DNA of 63,828 nt, the filler included, from Thraustochytrium aureum (taxonomy: Eukaryota), in NCBI GenBank assembly GCA_012862495.1. It is 8 parts of 6 records of this genome, joined end to end, with 100 filler letters (N's around TTAATTAATTAA, not from the genome) between each part and the next. Parts side by side here need not be neighbours in the genome. Positions count along the whole stretch, not along the records: positions 1 to 20,810 come from BLSG01000422.1; positions 20,911 to 27,501 come from BLSG01000422.1; 6 more parts are not named here. One strand, written 5' to 3'. Each line of letters begins with the position of its first letter. Within the stretch, counting starts at the first letter, position 1. The notes under the pieces are model-generated. The model saw only the letters and a program-made list of their open reading frames with translations, was not told where the DNA came from and made no database searches. Made by a program: the position numbers and the translations under genes. Below, piece by piece: positions 11,092 to 23,502 of this stretch.

Positions 11092-11820
11092 ATGCCGCGC
11101 GAAGTGGTCAAGTCGACGCGCACGCCAGCCAAGGCGCGGTCCAAGTCCCCGGTCGCCACACGGTCCCGAAGGGCGAAGACGCCCTCCAAGACGACGACGG
11201 CCACGACTCGGGCAACGGGCGAGAAGCCCCCGCGCACGCCTGCCACGAAGCGGGGCACCTCCAAGATCAAGATCGAGGCCAGCGACGCCGACGAGGAGAC
11301 CGACGTGGAGGACAAGGCCGTCGACGAGGAAGAGCAGGACGAGGAGGAGCAGGAGGAGCAGGAGGAGGAAGAGCAGCAGCAGAGCGCCAAGGTGGAGAAG
11401 GTGAAACACGACGAGGAGGACTGGGAGCACGATGGATCCCCCGAGCGCGCCACCAAAGTGGTCGAACGTGTCCTGTACGTGTTGACCACGCTCATGGCCG
11501 TCGTTGCTTTCACGCACCCGAAAGAGCTCTCGCGCCGCCTCGGCGAGGGCGAGGCGAAGGAAGAGCTACTCATGTATGCGCTTAGTATTGCCCTGAGCGG
11601 CATTGCGATGCAGCAGATCGCTGCTGCCCAGGTCTCACACGCCGCTCGCAAGCGCTCGCTCCAGTATGGGATGGTGACCTGGTTCTTGTTTGCCGCCCTG
11701 ATCGTGTTTGCCAAGAACAAGGTGGGCGAGTCAGCGGAGGGGCTGAACAACGCCACCGAGTCGCTCGCGGCGATCCTGGGCCTGATCACCCTGTCAATGT
11801 ATGCCTGCTACTACAGCTAG
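11092..11820 (+). CDS. Hypothetical membrane protein with a basic then acidic N-terminus and about four C-terminal TM helices
   Basis: Clean ATG-to-stop ORF with strong GC3 bias. Hydrophobic segments VLYVLTTLMAVVAF, LLMYALSIALSGIAM, MVTWFLFAALIVF and LAAILGLITLSMYACYY. Confidence 0.75.
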   Translation: MPREVVKSTRTPAKARSKSPVATRSRRAKTPSKTTTATTRATGEKPPRTPATKRGTSKIKIEASDADEETDVEDKAVDEEEQDEEEQEEQEEEEQQQSAKVEKVKHDEEDWEHDGSPERATKVVERVLYVLTTLMAVVAFTHPKELSRRLGEGEAKEELLMYALSIALSGIAMQQIAAAQVSHAARKRSLQYGMVTWFLFAALIVFAKNKVGESAEGLNNATESLAAILGLITLSMYACYYS

Positions 11821-12275
11821 ATTCGGAACCGTGTGCTCCACTGGCAGCAATACCCCATTCATTCACATGTCAGTCTGGGGAGCGCGCGGTGGGACGGGCC
11901 TGCGTGGTCTATGCTGCTTACGAAACAAACTAAACAAGAATCTAAGCGTCGCCTTGGCCATCCCCGTCCTGTTTCGGCCGGCTCCGGCTTGGTTCCGGTT
12001 AAGCCAGGCTGCGGTGCTGCTGCCAGTCACCGACTCAACTCAACGAGAGCGAGCGTGCAGAACCGTCAGTCCCCGCCCGTACTGGCCACACGAAGAGGGA
12101 GTTCTGGACTCGAGGTTGTCGCCAAGCCACGCATTCGGGCAAGAACGCGCAAAAGCAGACGAGCAGAATTGCGCCCCTCGAGCTCCACTTCGGGCCTAGG
12201 CAGAGCCGAAGAAGACCGCGATGCAGATGCCTTGGAAAAGATTGAGTTTGTGTTCTACCAAAGCATCAGAGTCCG

Positions 12276-13254
12276 TCAGCCCACGCGGCCGAGCGGGAAG
12301 AACCGGCAGTGCGTGGTCTGGTACTCGACGTACTTGGGATACTTTTTCGTCGTGATCCACTCGGACAGCAACGAGGACGGGTAGAAGAGCGCGACGAGCA
12401 GAATCGCGCCAATCGCGCTCCAGTTCAGGCCTGCCAAGTTGTAGGCAAAGCCGAAGACCGCGATCCAGATGGCTTGCTCGCAAGCATAGTTGGGGTGGCC
12501 TGCTCAACCGGGCACGAGAGTACCGTCCAGGGTTAGTGACGCGGCCCTTGGTGAGCGAGCTGGACCAGATGAGAGACTTACGGCAAAGGGACCAGAGGCC
12601 CGAGCGGATAAAGCCAACCTTGTACTCGCCTTGCAGCTTGGCTCGACCCGTCTCGTTGATCAGGCGGTATTTCTCCTCCTGGAAGAGGTACTGCTGCTCG
12701 TCAGCGACCGCCTCCAGGCCGACAAGGATGAGGACTGCGAGCCCAAGGGCCAAGTCCACGGCGTCCATTTGGCGGCCGACATTGTCCAGGGCCACAAGCG
12801 CCGGCGCGGCCAAGAGCATTAGAAGCACGTGCTGATATATGCAAATGAACCCCAGGTTGAACGCCTGCCAGAGGACAGGGTACTCGTTTGCCTTGGCGAT
12901 CTTGCGGACGTGCGCCCAGCGATAGTCTTCCTCGCCGAGCCAGAACGAGGGGAACTGGTACCCGCCGCGTCGGTTAAAGTTGAGCGTGAGTCGGATGCCC
13001 CACACGGTCGTGACGAACGCCATCCAGAGCAGCCGCGGGTCCTCGTTGCTATGGCTGGTGACCACCCAGATGTAGACCCAAGGCGTGATGGACCAGAGCT
13101 TGTCCACCTGCGAGTAGTTGTCTGCCAGCACGGAGATTACAAAGCAGGCAGCGGCCAGCGCCGCGCAGAGGTCGACGCAGTCGGACGCAGCCTCCTTCGC
13201 CGGCAACGAAGTCAGCACCGTCGTGTTGACGCCGAGCATCTGGAGGACCACCAT
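12276..13254 (-). CDS. DUF1295 / steroid 5-alpha-reductase-like membrane protein; exons 13254-12582 and 12499-12276
   Basis: NYSQVDKLWSITP, WGIRLTLNFNRRGGY, EDYRW and EAVADEQQ. Removing an 82-nt intron (GTAAGT...CACTAAC...CAG, 12581-12500) gives the conserved GLWSLCRHPNYACEQAIW and a 299-codon CDS. Confidence 0.9.
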
Positions 13255-16004
13255 CTCGGCTAGGAGAGCAGCAAAGCCTACCCCTTTCTGTCAGACCGCT
13301 GGCAACGCGCGGACACGCAGCACACGCTAGACGCTGCCCACCACGCGGCTCTGTGCTCGGTGCGGTTGGTTGCGTGAGGCTTTGCTCGGCCGGGCTGGCT
13401 TCCTTCGTTCGTTCGCGCTATCTTTTGTCGTTGTCGCACTTGGTCGCACCCTGGTGAGTTCGCCACGCAACGACTTGGTGGTGGTCATGACTCGTGATGC
13501 ACGAGTGCAGACTCGGCGGAGTGGCAACGGCGCCATCGCCCACGCCGCGCGCCTGCCTTGGCGAGCGCCTTGGCCCAAGTCGCCCTGGTCTGTCATGGCC
13601 AGAATCGTCAACGCTTCGTCGCTCCTCATGCTCTGCTCATTCTCACGAAGCGCGATCATGATCATGAGTCGAGCAGGTGAGTAAGTGAGCACCGGTAGCT
13701 CTGCCAGTGAACTGGAGAACCGTCACTGATCAGCTCGGCTCGGCGGAGCGTCGTTGCACGGTTGCCATTTGTTGCTGCCATTTACTCGCCATTCCCACTC
13801 CATTCCTCGGCGAGATAGTCAGTGTCAGCCCAGCTGCACGCGCGAATTCCGTCGGCAAATCCTTGCTAGTCTCCCGTATGCGAAGATACTGCGAGAACCT
13901 CGCCCAGATCCCGCCTGGGCTTTGGTCCGGCCTCCTGGCTGGTTGTCGATGATGGCTGGACTGGGCCACGAATCTGGNNNNNNNNNNNNNNNNNNNNNNN
14001 NNNNNNNNNNNNNNNNNNNNNNNNNNNNNNNNNNNNNNNNNNNNNNNNNNNNNNNNNNNNNNNNNNNNNNNNNNNNNNNNNNNNNNNNNNNNNNNNNNNN
14101 NNNNNNNNNNNNNNNNNNNNNNNNNNNNNNNNNNNNNNNNNNNNNNNNNNNNNNNNNNNNNNNNNNNNNNNNNNNNNNNNNNNNNNNNNNNNNNNNNNNN
14201 NNNNNNNNNNNNNNNNNNNNNNNNNNNNNNNNNNNNNNNNNNNNNNNNNNNNNNNNNNNNNNNNNNNNNNNNNNNNNNNNNNNNNNNNNNNNNNNNNNNN
14301 NNNNNNNNNNNNNNNNNNNNNNNNNNNNNNNNNNNNNNNNNNNNNNNNNNNNNNNNNNNNNNNNNNNNNNNNNNNNNNNNNNNNNNNNNNNNNNNNNNNN
14401 NNNNNNNNNNNNNNNNNNNNNNNNNNNNNNNNNNNNNNNNNNNNNNNNNNNNNNNNNNNNNNNNNNNNNNNNNNNNNGAAGGACAGAGCCTCTTGAATCG
14501 AAACCCCCACCCTCGAGACCAGCGCAAGAGCACGGAGCTGCACGCACGGCGCGCGGGAGGGAGAGAGGGAGGGAGGGGGTCATTTGCAGTGGGAGCCCGC
14601 CCCGGCCACTGGGAGTTGATTCAACACTCCTTGGCAAGCGCAGAAACTTGAGGACCGACGAGCCGTGCGGCGCAACAGACGCGCTCTGGGCGGCTGCATT
14701 GCCGTGCTGGAGGAAGCCAAGGCTGCTGCTGGCGCCGTTGGTGGACGCAGGGCGACCGAACTCTCGCCGCCGCAGTCGGATCGAGCGTACGGCGGCGGCT
14801 GGCTGGCTCACCTCGTCCGAAACAGCGCGCGGCAGACAGGACGCGCGGGACGGCAAGCGCTGGAAAACTGCTCACGGAGCGCGGGAACTGACCGCCGCGA
14901 CCTGCAACCGACGCTGTGCGCGGCGGCGTGCACGAGTTGGTGGAGTCGCGGATCGCCCTGGGACAGGGTGGCGAAACAACGCGGAGAAGTCAGCTTGGGA
15001 ATTCAGGCAAGCAAAAGCAACGGGCGAGCCGAGCCAATTCATCGGCCGCCAACACGTTCGTTCAACGCCACCAGTAGTAGAGCAGGCCGAGCCGATCAGG
15101 GCTCAGGTGCAAAGCTGGGCGGTGGAGAAATTGCACGGCCGACCCAGAACAGGCTGTGGTAAGTAGAGTTCTCCAGGTACTCCAAAGCCGCTTGAAGAAC
15201 ATCGAAAGCGTCCAGCGCGAAGCAAAAAACGACAACTCAACGTTGTCGGGCAGGCGACAGAGCCGAGGAGGGCTGCTGGAAACGGCTGCCTGGCCGGGCC
15301 GCGAGAGGCGATTGATCTGAAAGGGCGGCGGAGAACCGCACGAGGCCTGCACTGCGGCGTGGCCCGGCTTCCCCACCAACTTGCTCGAGCGCCGCCGTGG
15401 CGATCCTGGCCGGGCCGACCAACAAGTATACTGAGTGCGCTGGCCACCGTGCGACGGCCCCCTGTGCTGGCGCGCTTCGGTCTCGGGCCATGACCTGGCG
15501 TCAAAACAAAGAAATCGACCCAACAGATCTTGAACGCGCAGCCTTCTCGGCCTGTTCCCCGCCGACTTCTCCAGCGCCAGAAATGTTCATCGAGCACCGA
15601 ACCGTCCCACCGCCGTCTTGGTTTTCCGCGGGGCCCAAGGAAACGCCCGCCGGTTGCGGGATGCAGGCAATCCGCGGCGAGCGTGCTACGGAAAACAGCT
15701 CCGGATCGGCCGCTGGTGCGCCAGCGGCAGGAGTTTGACACAAGCAATCGCCGAACTCACTTTGCGTCAAGCGCGGCGACTGCCTCGGCAGCCATCAGAC
15801 AATGCAAAGCCAGACGACGAAATCGCCTCGCCCAAGGAACCACACACTGAGGACACTGCGGAGACGTCAAGCAGCTGTTTAGAAGCTCCTGTCTCGCCGC
15901 CAAGCAGCTGCTCAGAAAGGCCGTTCTCGCCGCCTAGCAGCTGCTTCTTAAGGCCGTTTTCTCTGCCGCAGGCGCCCAAGGCCCACGAGCCGCCACCAGT
16001 CCTG

Positions 16005-16083
16005 CCAGTGCCGACGCTGCCGACGCTGCCCATGCCAACGCTGCCCATGCCGACGTTGCCCATGCCAATGCTGCCCATGCCGG
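16005..16083 (+). repeat. 15-bp tandem repeat encoding (PTLPM)n within a fragmented proline-rich ORF
   Basis: CCGACGCTGCCCATG-type units, visible directly. Confidence 0.75.
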
Positions 16084-16713
16084 CCTCGGCCGCCTGCTCG
16101 GCCGGAGAGCTCTCGTCCCTCCCGCGCGCGCAACTCGCGACGGACACGAGCTTCAGTTCGCACTCCAAACCCTTTTCGGGCAGGCGATCCCACTCGTCCA
16201 GTGCGGCGGGGCCAGAGGAGGGATTTTCGCCTCGGAACCATGCTCTTTGCGACGACTTTCCAAGCGTTCTCTCACGTCGCCTGCTTGGGGCCCCTCTGCG
16301 TCGCTCGGTGGTGGCGACACAAGCGCACTAGATAATGAGCCTTTCGGCGGCGCTTCGCGCAAGCGCAGCCGCCTCAAGCGGCACGACGCGCGGTCTGATG
16401 CGCCGAGTTCGCAGCTCCTCGGCGAGGAGTCTCCAGACGTAATCGTGCGCCGCATTCGGGCCAAGCTTCGCCGCGTCGATGCGACTAGCGCCGACGGCCC
16501 GCCATCGGCAGCGTCTCCCGCCCCATCTCTGTCATGGTCGCCGCCACGACCACAGCGACTTGACCACCACCTCGACCACTACCATTCACCAGCAGCCCTG
16601 CGCATGACCAATTTGTAACTTTCAACAACCTTGTACGAATACAGTCTTTGTAATTACTCAGCTTGCTTGCTCGCTCGCCATGCATGTCGAGCAACGTTCA
16701 GGTCCTCGAAAGT

Positions 16714-16841
16714 ATCGACATCTCGTCAGGCCGTCATCATCAGCACCTCGTCAGGCCATCATCTTCAGCTCCTCGTCAGGCCATCATCATCAACACCTCG
16801 TCAGGCCATCATCATCGACACCTCGTCAGGCCGTCATCATC
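16714..16841. repeat. 25-bp minisatellite running into an N-gap
   Basis: Unit CCTCGTCAGGCC(A/G)TCATCATC(A/G)(A/G)CA starts at 16721, 16746, 16771, 16796 and 16821. Confidence 0.9.
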
Positions 16842-17612
16842 NNNNNNNNNNNNNNNNNNNNNNNNNNNNNNNNNNNNNNNNNNNNNNNNNNNNNNNNNNN
16901 NNNNNNNNNNNNNNNNNNNNNNNNNNNNNNNNNNNNNNNNNNNNNNNNNNNNNNNNNNNNNNNNNNNNNNNNNNNNNNNNNNNNNNNNNNNNNNNNNNNN
17001 NNNNNNNNNNNNNNNNNNNNNNNNNNNNNNNNNNNNNNNNNNNNNNNNNNNNNNNNNNNNNNNNNNNNNNNNNNNNNNNNNNNNNNNNNNNNNNNNNNNN
17101 NNNNNNNNNNNNNNNNNNNNNNNNNNNNNNNNNNNNNNNNNNNNNNNNNNNNNNNNNNNNNNNNNNNNNNNNNNNNNNNNNNNNNNNNNNNNNNNNNNNN
17201 NNNNNNNNNNNNNNNNNNNNNNNNNNNNNNNNNNNNNNNNNNNNNNNNNNNNNNNNNNNNNNNNNNNNNNNNNNNNNNNNNNNNNNNNNNNNNNNNNNNN
17301 NNNNNNNNNNNNNNNNNNNNNNNNNNNNNNNNNNNNNNNNNNNNNNNNNNNNNNNNNNNNNNNNNNNNNNNNNNNNNNNNNNNNNNNNNNNNNNNNNNNN
17401 NNNNNNNNNNNNNNNNNNNNNNNNNNNNNNNNNNNNNNNNNNNNNNNNNNNNNNNNNNNNNNNNNNNNNNNNNNNNNNNNNNNNNNNNNNNNNNNNNNNN
17501 NNNNNNNNNNNNNNNNNNNNNNNNNNNNNNNNNNNNNNNNNNNNNNNNNNNNNNNNNNNNNNNNNNNNNNNNNNNNNNNNNNNNNNNNNNNNNNNNNNNN
17601 NNNAGTTTCAAT

Positions 17613-18932
17613 ATGTATGTGCCAAAGCACGCAAACATTCTGCACATCCCTGGGAGCCTGCAGCGGAGAGGCACCAGCCAAGCAGGGCACGCAGAGAAAC
17701 CTCGGCCGCCAGACCGCGAGGCACCGCTTGCACCGAACGTGGCTCAACAAGAGAGTCCAGCTCCCGATTACGCCGAGCCCAAGCATGACATGCTCGTCTC
17801 GCTGCAGCACGGCGTGTGGGCCGGTGGGGTCGCAGGAATTGTCGCAGAAACGCTCATGCACCCCTTTGACACGATCAGTACGCGGCTTAAAGTGCAAAGC
17901 TCCGCGCCGGCGCTGCGCCCCGCTACCACGGTCTCTTTGGCACAGCCCGCTTGATGATCCGCGAGGAGGGCCCCAGCAGCCTGTTTAGCGGCGTTAGCGC
18001 CACGGTGCTCTGCGCCATCCCCTCGAGTGCCATCTACTTTGGCGTGTACGAGTCGGTCAAGGCAGTGGGCTTGAATCGGATTGCCCAAGAACAAGTCGTC
18101 GATTCGGACACCACTTCTGCGCTGAAAGCCGACGCAGTTCACCTCGCTGCGGGAATATGCTCCGAGCTTGCCGCTTCTGTGGTCGTGGTCCCTTTCGAGG
18201 TGATAAAGTCGCGGATGCAGATCGGGTCGACGGCGTACGCTGGGGCCATCCATGGCCTGGTCACGGTTGCACAAAAGGAGGGCCTCGCCGGCCTCTTTGC
18301 TGGGTACCGCGCCTGCCTGCTGCTCGACTGCACCTTCTCCGGGCTGCAGTTTCTGCTCTATGAGCGCCTCAAGCGCGACATATTCAAGCGAGCAGAGCCC
18401 AACCGGCCCACGCCGCAGGCCGGGCCCGCGGAGGCCCCAGCTAGGGAGATGTCTCTGCTTGCGGCTCTGAGCGCCGAAGTGGGCCCGGACAGCGACTTGC
18501 TCGAATCAATGGAGGGCACTGCGGAAGACCTCGCCGCCGGTGCTGTCGCGGGTGGACTAGCAGCCTTCCTCAGCAACCCCTTTGATGTTGTGACGGCGCG
18601 GCTCATGACACAGCGCACAATCCAAGACGCCGCCGCTGTGGCTTCCTCCAACGCCGTGGAGGGTCCGTCACAGCTTCGGGGTGCTGCTGGGGCAGCAGGG
18701 CGGAGCGGGTCACGCGCTGCTTCCCGGCGTTTTGGGTGCCGTCCAAACCTATTCCGGGACGCTGGACTGCCTGGCCAAGGTGGCCAAGCAAGAAGGGGTG
18801 CGTGGGCTTTGGAGTGGATCCTTGGCCCGCGTCCTCTCGATCGCGCCACTTTCTGCGCTGACGTTTGGAATTTACGAAAAGATGAAGGCCTTCCTCGCCG
18901 AGGGCGGCGCTACGGCTGGCCCACTCGCATAG
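17613..18932 (+). CDS. Mitochondrial carrier (SLC25), possibly SAM-carrier-like; frameshifts near 17905 and 18733
   Basis: Three carrier signatures: PFDTISTRLKVQ, PFEVIKSRMQI and PFDVVTARLMTQ. Matching second motifs are EEGPSSLFSG, KEGLAGLFAG and QEGVRGLWSG. The pieces lie in successive ORFs in alternating frames. Confidence 0.88.
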
Positions 18933-19174
18933 TCAGACAGACGCAACAGTCAAACCGATGTTTCAACTTGCATGGCGCGGTGTGGCAGACTCGTCAGGTT
19001 GCTAGCTGCTGTCGTGTTGGGGTAGGGCCAAGCTGAGGCCTTGCAGCGCAACGCACTCCAACCACCCCGTTTACGTCCTTATCACACCGATCTTAGCTTG
19101 CTAGAGGTATCACTTTTGAGTAGGGTCGATCGGGTATACGTTCGGCCAATCCGCGACGCAAAACACCAGCAGCG

Positions 19175-20810
19175 CTATGGACCCGCATCCGCTCCGCGAC
19201 GCGAAATGCGCGCGACCCGCAACACGGCCTCGTCGCCCAGCGAGGTCCGCACCGCAGCACGCAAAAGACGGCTCTCGTTCCTGAGCCGCCGCACGGAGCG
19301 CTCAATCTCGGCTCGCTCCTCCTCCCGTTTGGCGGCCTCCTGCTCGATGTAGTTGCGAGCAAACAGGACAGCGCGCCCGTACCCGTTGCACTCCTCGCGC
19401 GCAGCTTGCACTTGCTCGCGCAAGGCAACCACGCGCGCCCGAAGCCCCGCCTTGACTATGTCGAGGTTGCCCGGGTCGCGCAAAAATCGCTCGGTCGACG
19501 CCGACGCGACGTCGGCGCGCCGGTCGCGCTGGCTCCGTTGCTGTGCTGCCAGCTGGCTGCGCATGAGTCGCAGCTTGCCGCGAAGTCGCCGTCGCTCCAG
19601 CAGCGCGTGCCGCTCAAAGGCCTCCTTCTCGGACACGACAGACTCAATTGCGTGCAGTATCTCGCTTCGGAGCCCAGCCCTCGGCGGATCGCTTTGGTCA
19701 TTGACGAGCNNNNNNNNNNNNNNNNNNNNNNNNNNNNNNNNNNNNNNNNNNNNNNNNNNNNNNNNNNNNNNNNNNNNNNNNNNNNNNNNNNNNNNNNNNN
19801 NNNNNNNNNNNNNNNNNNNNNNNNNNNNNNNNNNNNNNNNNNNNNNNNNNNNNNNNNNNNNNNNNNNNNNNNNNNNNNNNNNNNNNNNNNNNNNNNNNNN
19901 NNNNNNNNNNNNNNNNNNNNNNNNNNNNNNNNNNNNNNNNNNNNNNNNNNNNNNNNNNNNNNNNNNNNNNNNNNNNNNNNNNNNNNNNNNNNNNNNNNNN
20001 NNNNNNNNNNNNNNNNNCTGACCTGGCGGCAATCGCGACCGCGACGCTCGTCGATGCCTCGGCGAAGCCCACCTCTGCTGCTTCAAGTGGCACTTGTGTT
20101 GGTGGCTCTTGTGTTGGTGGCACTTGTGTTGGTCGCACTTGTGTTGGTGGCGCGGCGCCGTCTCCAGGCTCGCGGGAATCAACTTGCTTCCTCGAGTCCG
20201 CGGTCTCGGCGGGGAGCGGGGCGCGGCCGCCGCCAGCGCTGCTCAGCGAGGGCGCCACGGGTGGTCTCGGCCGATTTTCTGCAGCTTGCGCGTCGACAGC
20301 AACGTACACTTGCAGATATCGGGGCTCAAGCGAGGCCCAGTCCAGCGCGGGCCCGCCTCCATTGTAGTCCGCCGGGAGCTGGTCTGGAGAGATCAAGCCC
20401 GACAGCGCCTGGAGGACCTCCGACTTGCCCGAGCCAACAATCGTGATCTTGCGCTCCACCTGCGCGCTGAGAAATTTGCGGATCGCTTTCCAGACCAACG
20501 CGAAAAAGAACGGCGCGTTGATGATGACCATCCTGCCCACCATACCAGGATAGTGCCACTGGTCGAGCTCGGAGAGGCGCTTAATGATCGAGTAAAACTG
20601 GCGCGAAGCTTGCGCCAGGCGCACGCCCTGCAGGTCCATCACCGTCGTAAAGTAGGGAGCCTCCAGATCGGGGCATTCTCGCACCACGCGCCGGATATTC
20701 GTTTCTCGCCACCACACCTGATAAGCGATGTACCGCTCCAGCGTAGTGAGCTGCAAGACCTCCTTGGCGTCCAGCGTCTTCGCAGCATAGTAGACAACTG
20801 GCCGCCCCGC
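19175..20810 (-). CDS. CRAL-TRIO (Sec14-like) protein with PPTQV repeats and a probable coiled-coil tail; 5'-truncated, internal gap
   Basis: TTVMDLQGV...DQWHYPGMVGRMVIINAPFFFALVWKAIRKFLSAQVERKITIVG...LPADYNG is the Sec14 motif. Joining it to the coiled-coil piece at 19175-19709 across the gap is inferred. Confidence 0.8.
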
Positions 20811-20910
20811 NNNNNNNNNNNNNNNNNNNNNNNNNNNNNNNNNNNNNNNNNNNNTTAATTAATTAANNNNNNNNNNNNNNNNNNNNNNNNNNNNNNNNNN
20901 NNNNNNNNNN
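20811..20910. other. Artificial scaffold spacer 44N-TTAATTAATTAA-44N
   Basis: Six-frame stop linker. Identical copies lie at 27502-27601, 37891-37990, 43832-43931, 54596-54695, 60067-60166 and 62269-62368. Confidence 0.97.
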
Positions 20911-21864
20911 CCCACGATGCGCATCCCAGGGCACTCGTCAAAGCGCGGCTTGGCCAAGACCTGCACTCCGACGTCTACGCAGTCCGCCGACCCGTGCAGG
21001 TAGACCCACTTTTCCTCGGGCACGCCCAGCTCCCGCGCCCTCTTGTCGCTCATCAATACCACGCTTGCGCCCTGGTTCACGTCCATGATCGAGCAGTTGA
21101 GCTTGTTGTATGGGTACGCGACCAGGCGGTTCGCCTCGCTCACAGCCTCGATCTCGCCACTGCGCGCTCTTGCGGAAACCAGCTGTGCGCCTCGTTCTCC
21201 TTGTACGCGCTCACCTTGCTAAAGCCATGAAACATGCGGGCGTTGCCCCTGTTTCGCTCTTCGTGGCTTACGCCGTCCGTGCGCCGCGTCGCCTCCTCGA
21301 GGAGGGCGTACGCGATAGGCATTGTTGTGAGGTCGTGCAGCAAGTCTTGGATCGTGCTAATGGAAGACTTGGGGCCAACCTGCTCGGGGGCTACGCCCGT
21401 CTTGTCGCCCCAGCGCAGTCGCTTCTCCTGCTGGCTCGTCGCTTCCTTGGAGAGCTTGAACTTTTGCTTCAGGGCGCGCTCCAGTGTGTCGATCGCCTCA
21501 GCGCCCGCAACCACGCACGTTTCGATCTCGCCGCGTGCGATCATTTCAGCGGCTTTGTTGATGCACAGCTGCGGCTGGTTGCCGCCCACGTCACTCTTGA
21601 AGCAGCGCGCCCTGTCCACCCCACCGCCCGGGCGAGGGACAGGCCAGGGTTGTCGTACGCGGGGTACAGCTTGCGCGGGAGCCGAAACTCGCCCAACATG
21701 TCCACAAACATCACCGCGTCCACGCTGCCAGCGCCGACTTGCGCATCGGACAGCGCCTCCTCTGTGGCCACCTGAGCGAGCTGAATCGGGTCCATTGCGC
21801 ACTCGAGGTTTCCCTGCGGCCTCTGCGTCGTCCTGCCCACGCCAACGAGGACAGGGACCACCAT
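20911..21864 (-). CDS. Bacterial-type thiolase-like protein (acetyl-CoA acetyltransferase, PRK08257/TLP-like); frameshifts near 21620 and 21145, 3'-truncated
   Basis: PVLVGVGRTTQR...DPIQLAQVATEEALSDA...YDNPGLSLA, then VGGNQPQLCINKAAEMIARGEIETCVVAGAEA, then NRLVAYPYNKLNCSIMDVNQGASVVLMSDKRARELGVPEEKWVYLHG. Confidence 0.82.
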
Positions 21865-23502
21865 TTTGCGCGACAACCAGCACAGAGCGAGACCTGCTCT
21901 CACACGCGCGGCCTTTTCCAAGCAGCGCTCCTTCGCCGGGTCAAAACCCGTGCTCCGCCAGCCAGCTCCTCAGCCTGCAATCCACGTGGCCCCAACCGAT
22001 CGGGCTCTGCAGCATGCCTGCCTGCAATCGATCGACATCAGTCCGCCGGCGTGCGCCCATTCCGATCGTCGTTGCACAACATCCCTTTTTTNNNNNNNNN
22101 NNNNNNNNNNNNNNNNNNNNNNNNNNNNNNNNNNNNNNNNNNNNNNNNNNNNNNNNNNNNNNNNNNNNNNNNNNNNNNNNNNNNNNNNNNNNNNNNNNNN
22201 NNNNNNNNNNNNNNNNNNNNNNNNNNNNNNNNNNNNNNNNNNNNNNNNNNNNNNNNNNNNNNNNNNNNNNNNNNNNNNNNNNNNNNNNNNNNNNNNNNNN
22301 NNNNNNNNNNNNNNNNNNNNNNNNNNNNNNNNNNNNNNNNNNNNNNNNNNNNNNNNNNNNNNNNNNNNNNNNNNNNNNNNNNNNNNNNNNNNNNNNNNNN
22401 NNNNNNNNNNNNNNNNNNNNNNNNNNNNNNNNNNNNNNNNNNNNNNNNNNNNNNNNNNNNNNNNNNNNNNNNNNNNNNNNNNNNNNNNNNNNNNNNNNNN
22501 NNNNNNNNNNNNNNNNNNNNNNNNNNNNNNGCGCCGATTCTGACGCCCTGCGCGGCGAGCCACTGAAGGCGATCAACGCACATGATGCCAGTCGTGGACG
22601 CGCGTACGAGCGGGCGCGGGCTGGCTCGGCGCGCTCGCGGGATGGCGTCCCCGCGGCGGGCCTGGCTCGTGTGGCAAGTCGATTCCTCGACGGGCTCGGG
22701 CACGACGGATTCTGCCTTCGATGTTCGCATCGGCAGGCAGTCCATGAGCGAGCGCAGCACCCCATCCCTGGCAGCCCCTGCAGTGTCTCTCGCGCGTGGG
22801 GTCAGGTTGGCCGGCCATGGCGTCCGAAGAGCTGGTTTACTTTTCACAACAGGCTGCCAACGAGGTCACGCGCCGGCGGGCCTTCCTGGCTATCGAGATC
22901 GAGGCCGCTAGCGGCTGGAGCTCGCAAGCCTCGTCAGTCACTACGAGCACCAGCACCGCAACCGCTCGCCCGCTTCGCCGCTCGGCCAAGAAAGAAGAGC
23001 GCCAGGGGTGACGGTGGACAAGCGTTCGTGCGACCACCGCAAGAGCCTTGCTACGCCGATTCGAGACTCTTGCAAGTGGATCTGGAGCCTACGGGCCCGA
23101 CCTGCCATGCAAGGCCGCTTCAGCGCGCGTCGCGGGGCAGGCACGGATGCCCTGCTCGGCCAGCCAGCTCGACGGTTGTTGGCCTATTTACCTACTTACT
23201 CTGGTGCGAGCGCGGTACTGTTCGTTGTACACGTGTCGACGCGCTTGTCCGGTAACTCGGCCTGCCACACATGGAGTTGAGCGTCCCGCGAGACTGAGGC
23301 AGCTGCCTCTCTAGAGAGCTAGAGGAGGCGGCCAGGCCACTGCGCAGCGATGGTCATTGCGCAGCGATGGTTTGTTCTGTCGGTTTTGAGTCCGGCCTTA
23401 CGGCGCGGGCCGCCTTGCATCGAACACGAGCAGCAGTCCAGATCGGAGATGATCTAAAGGCTGCACGCGCGAGGGCTGCACGCGCGGGGGCGCAGCGGGA
23501 GG

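Noticed and set aside
13327..15160. Protein-coding genes in this interval
   Set aside because: Only short ORFs with no motifs or clear codon bias, and the region is broken by a gap.
16714..16841. CRISPR array
   Set aside because: Head-to-tail 25-bp units with no unique spacers, no cas genes and a eukaryotic context.
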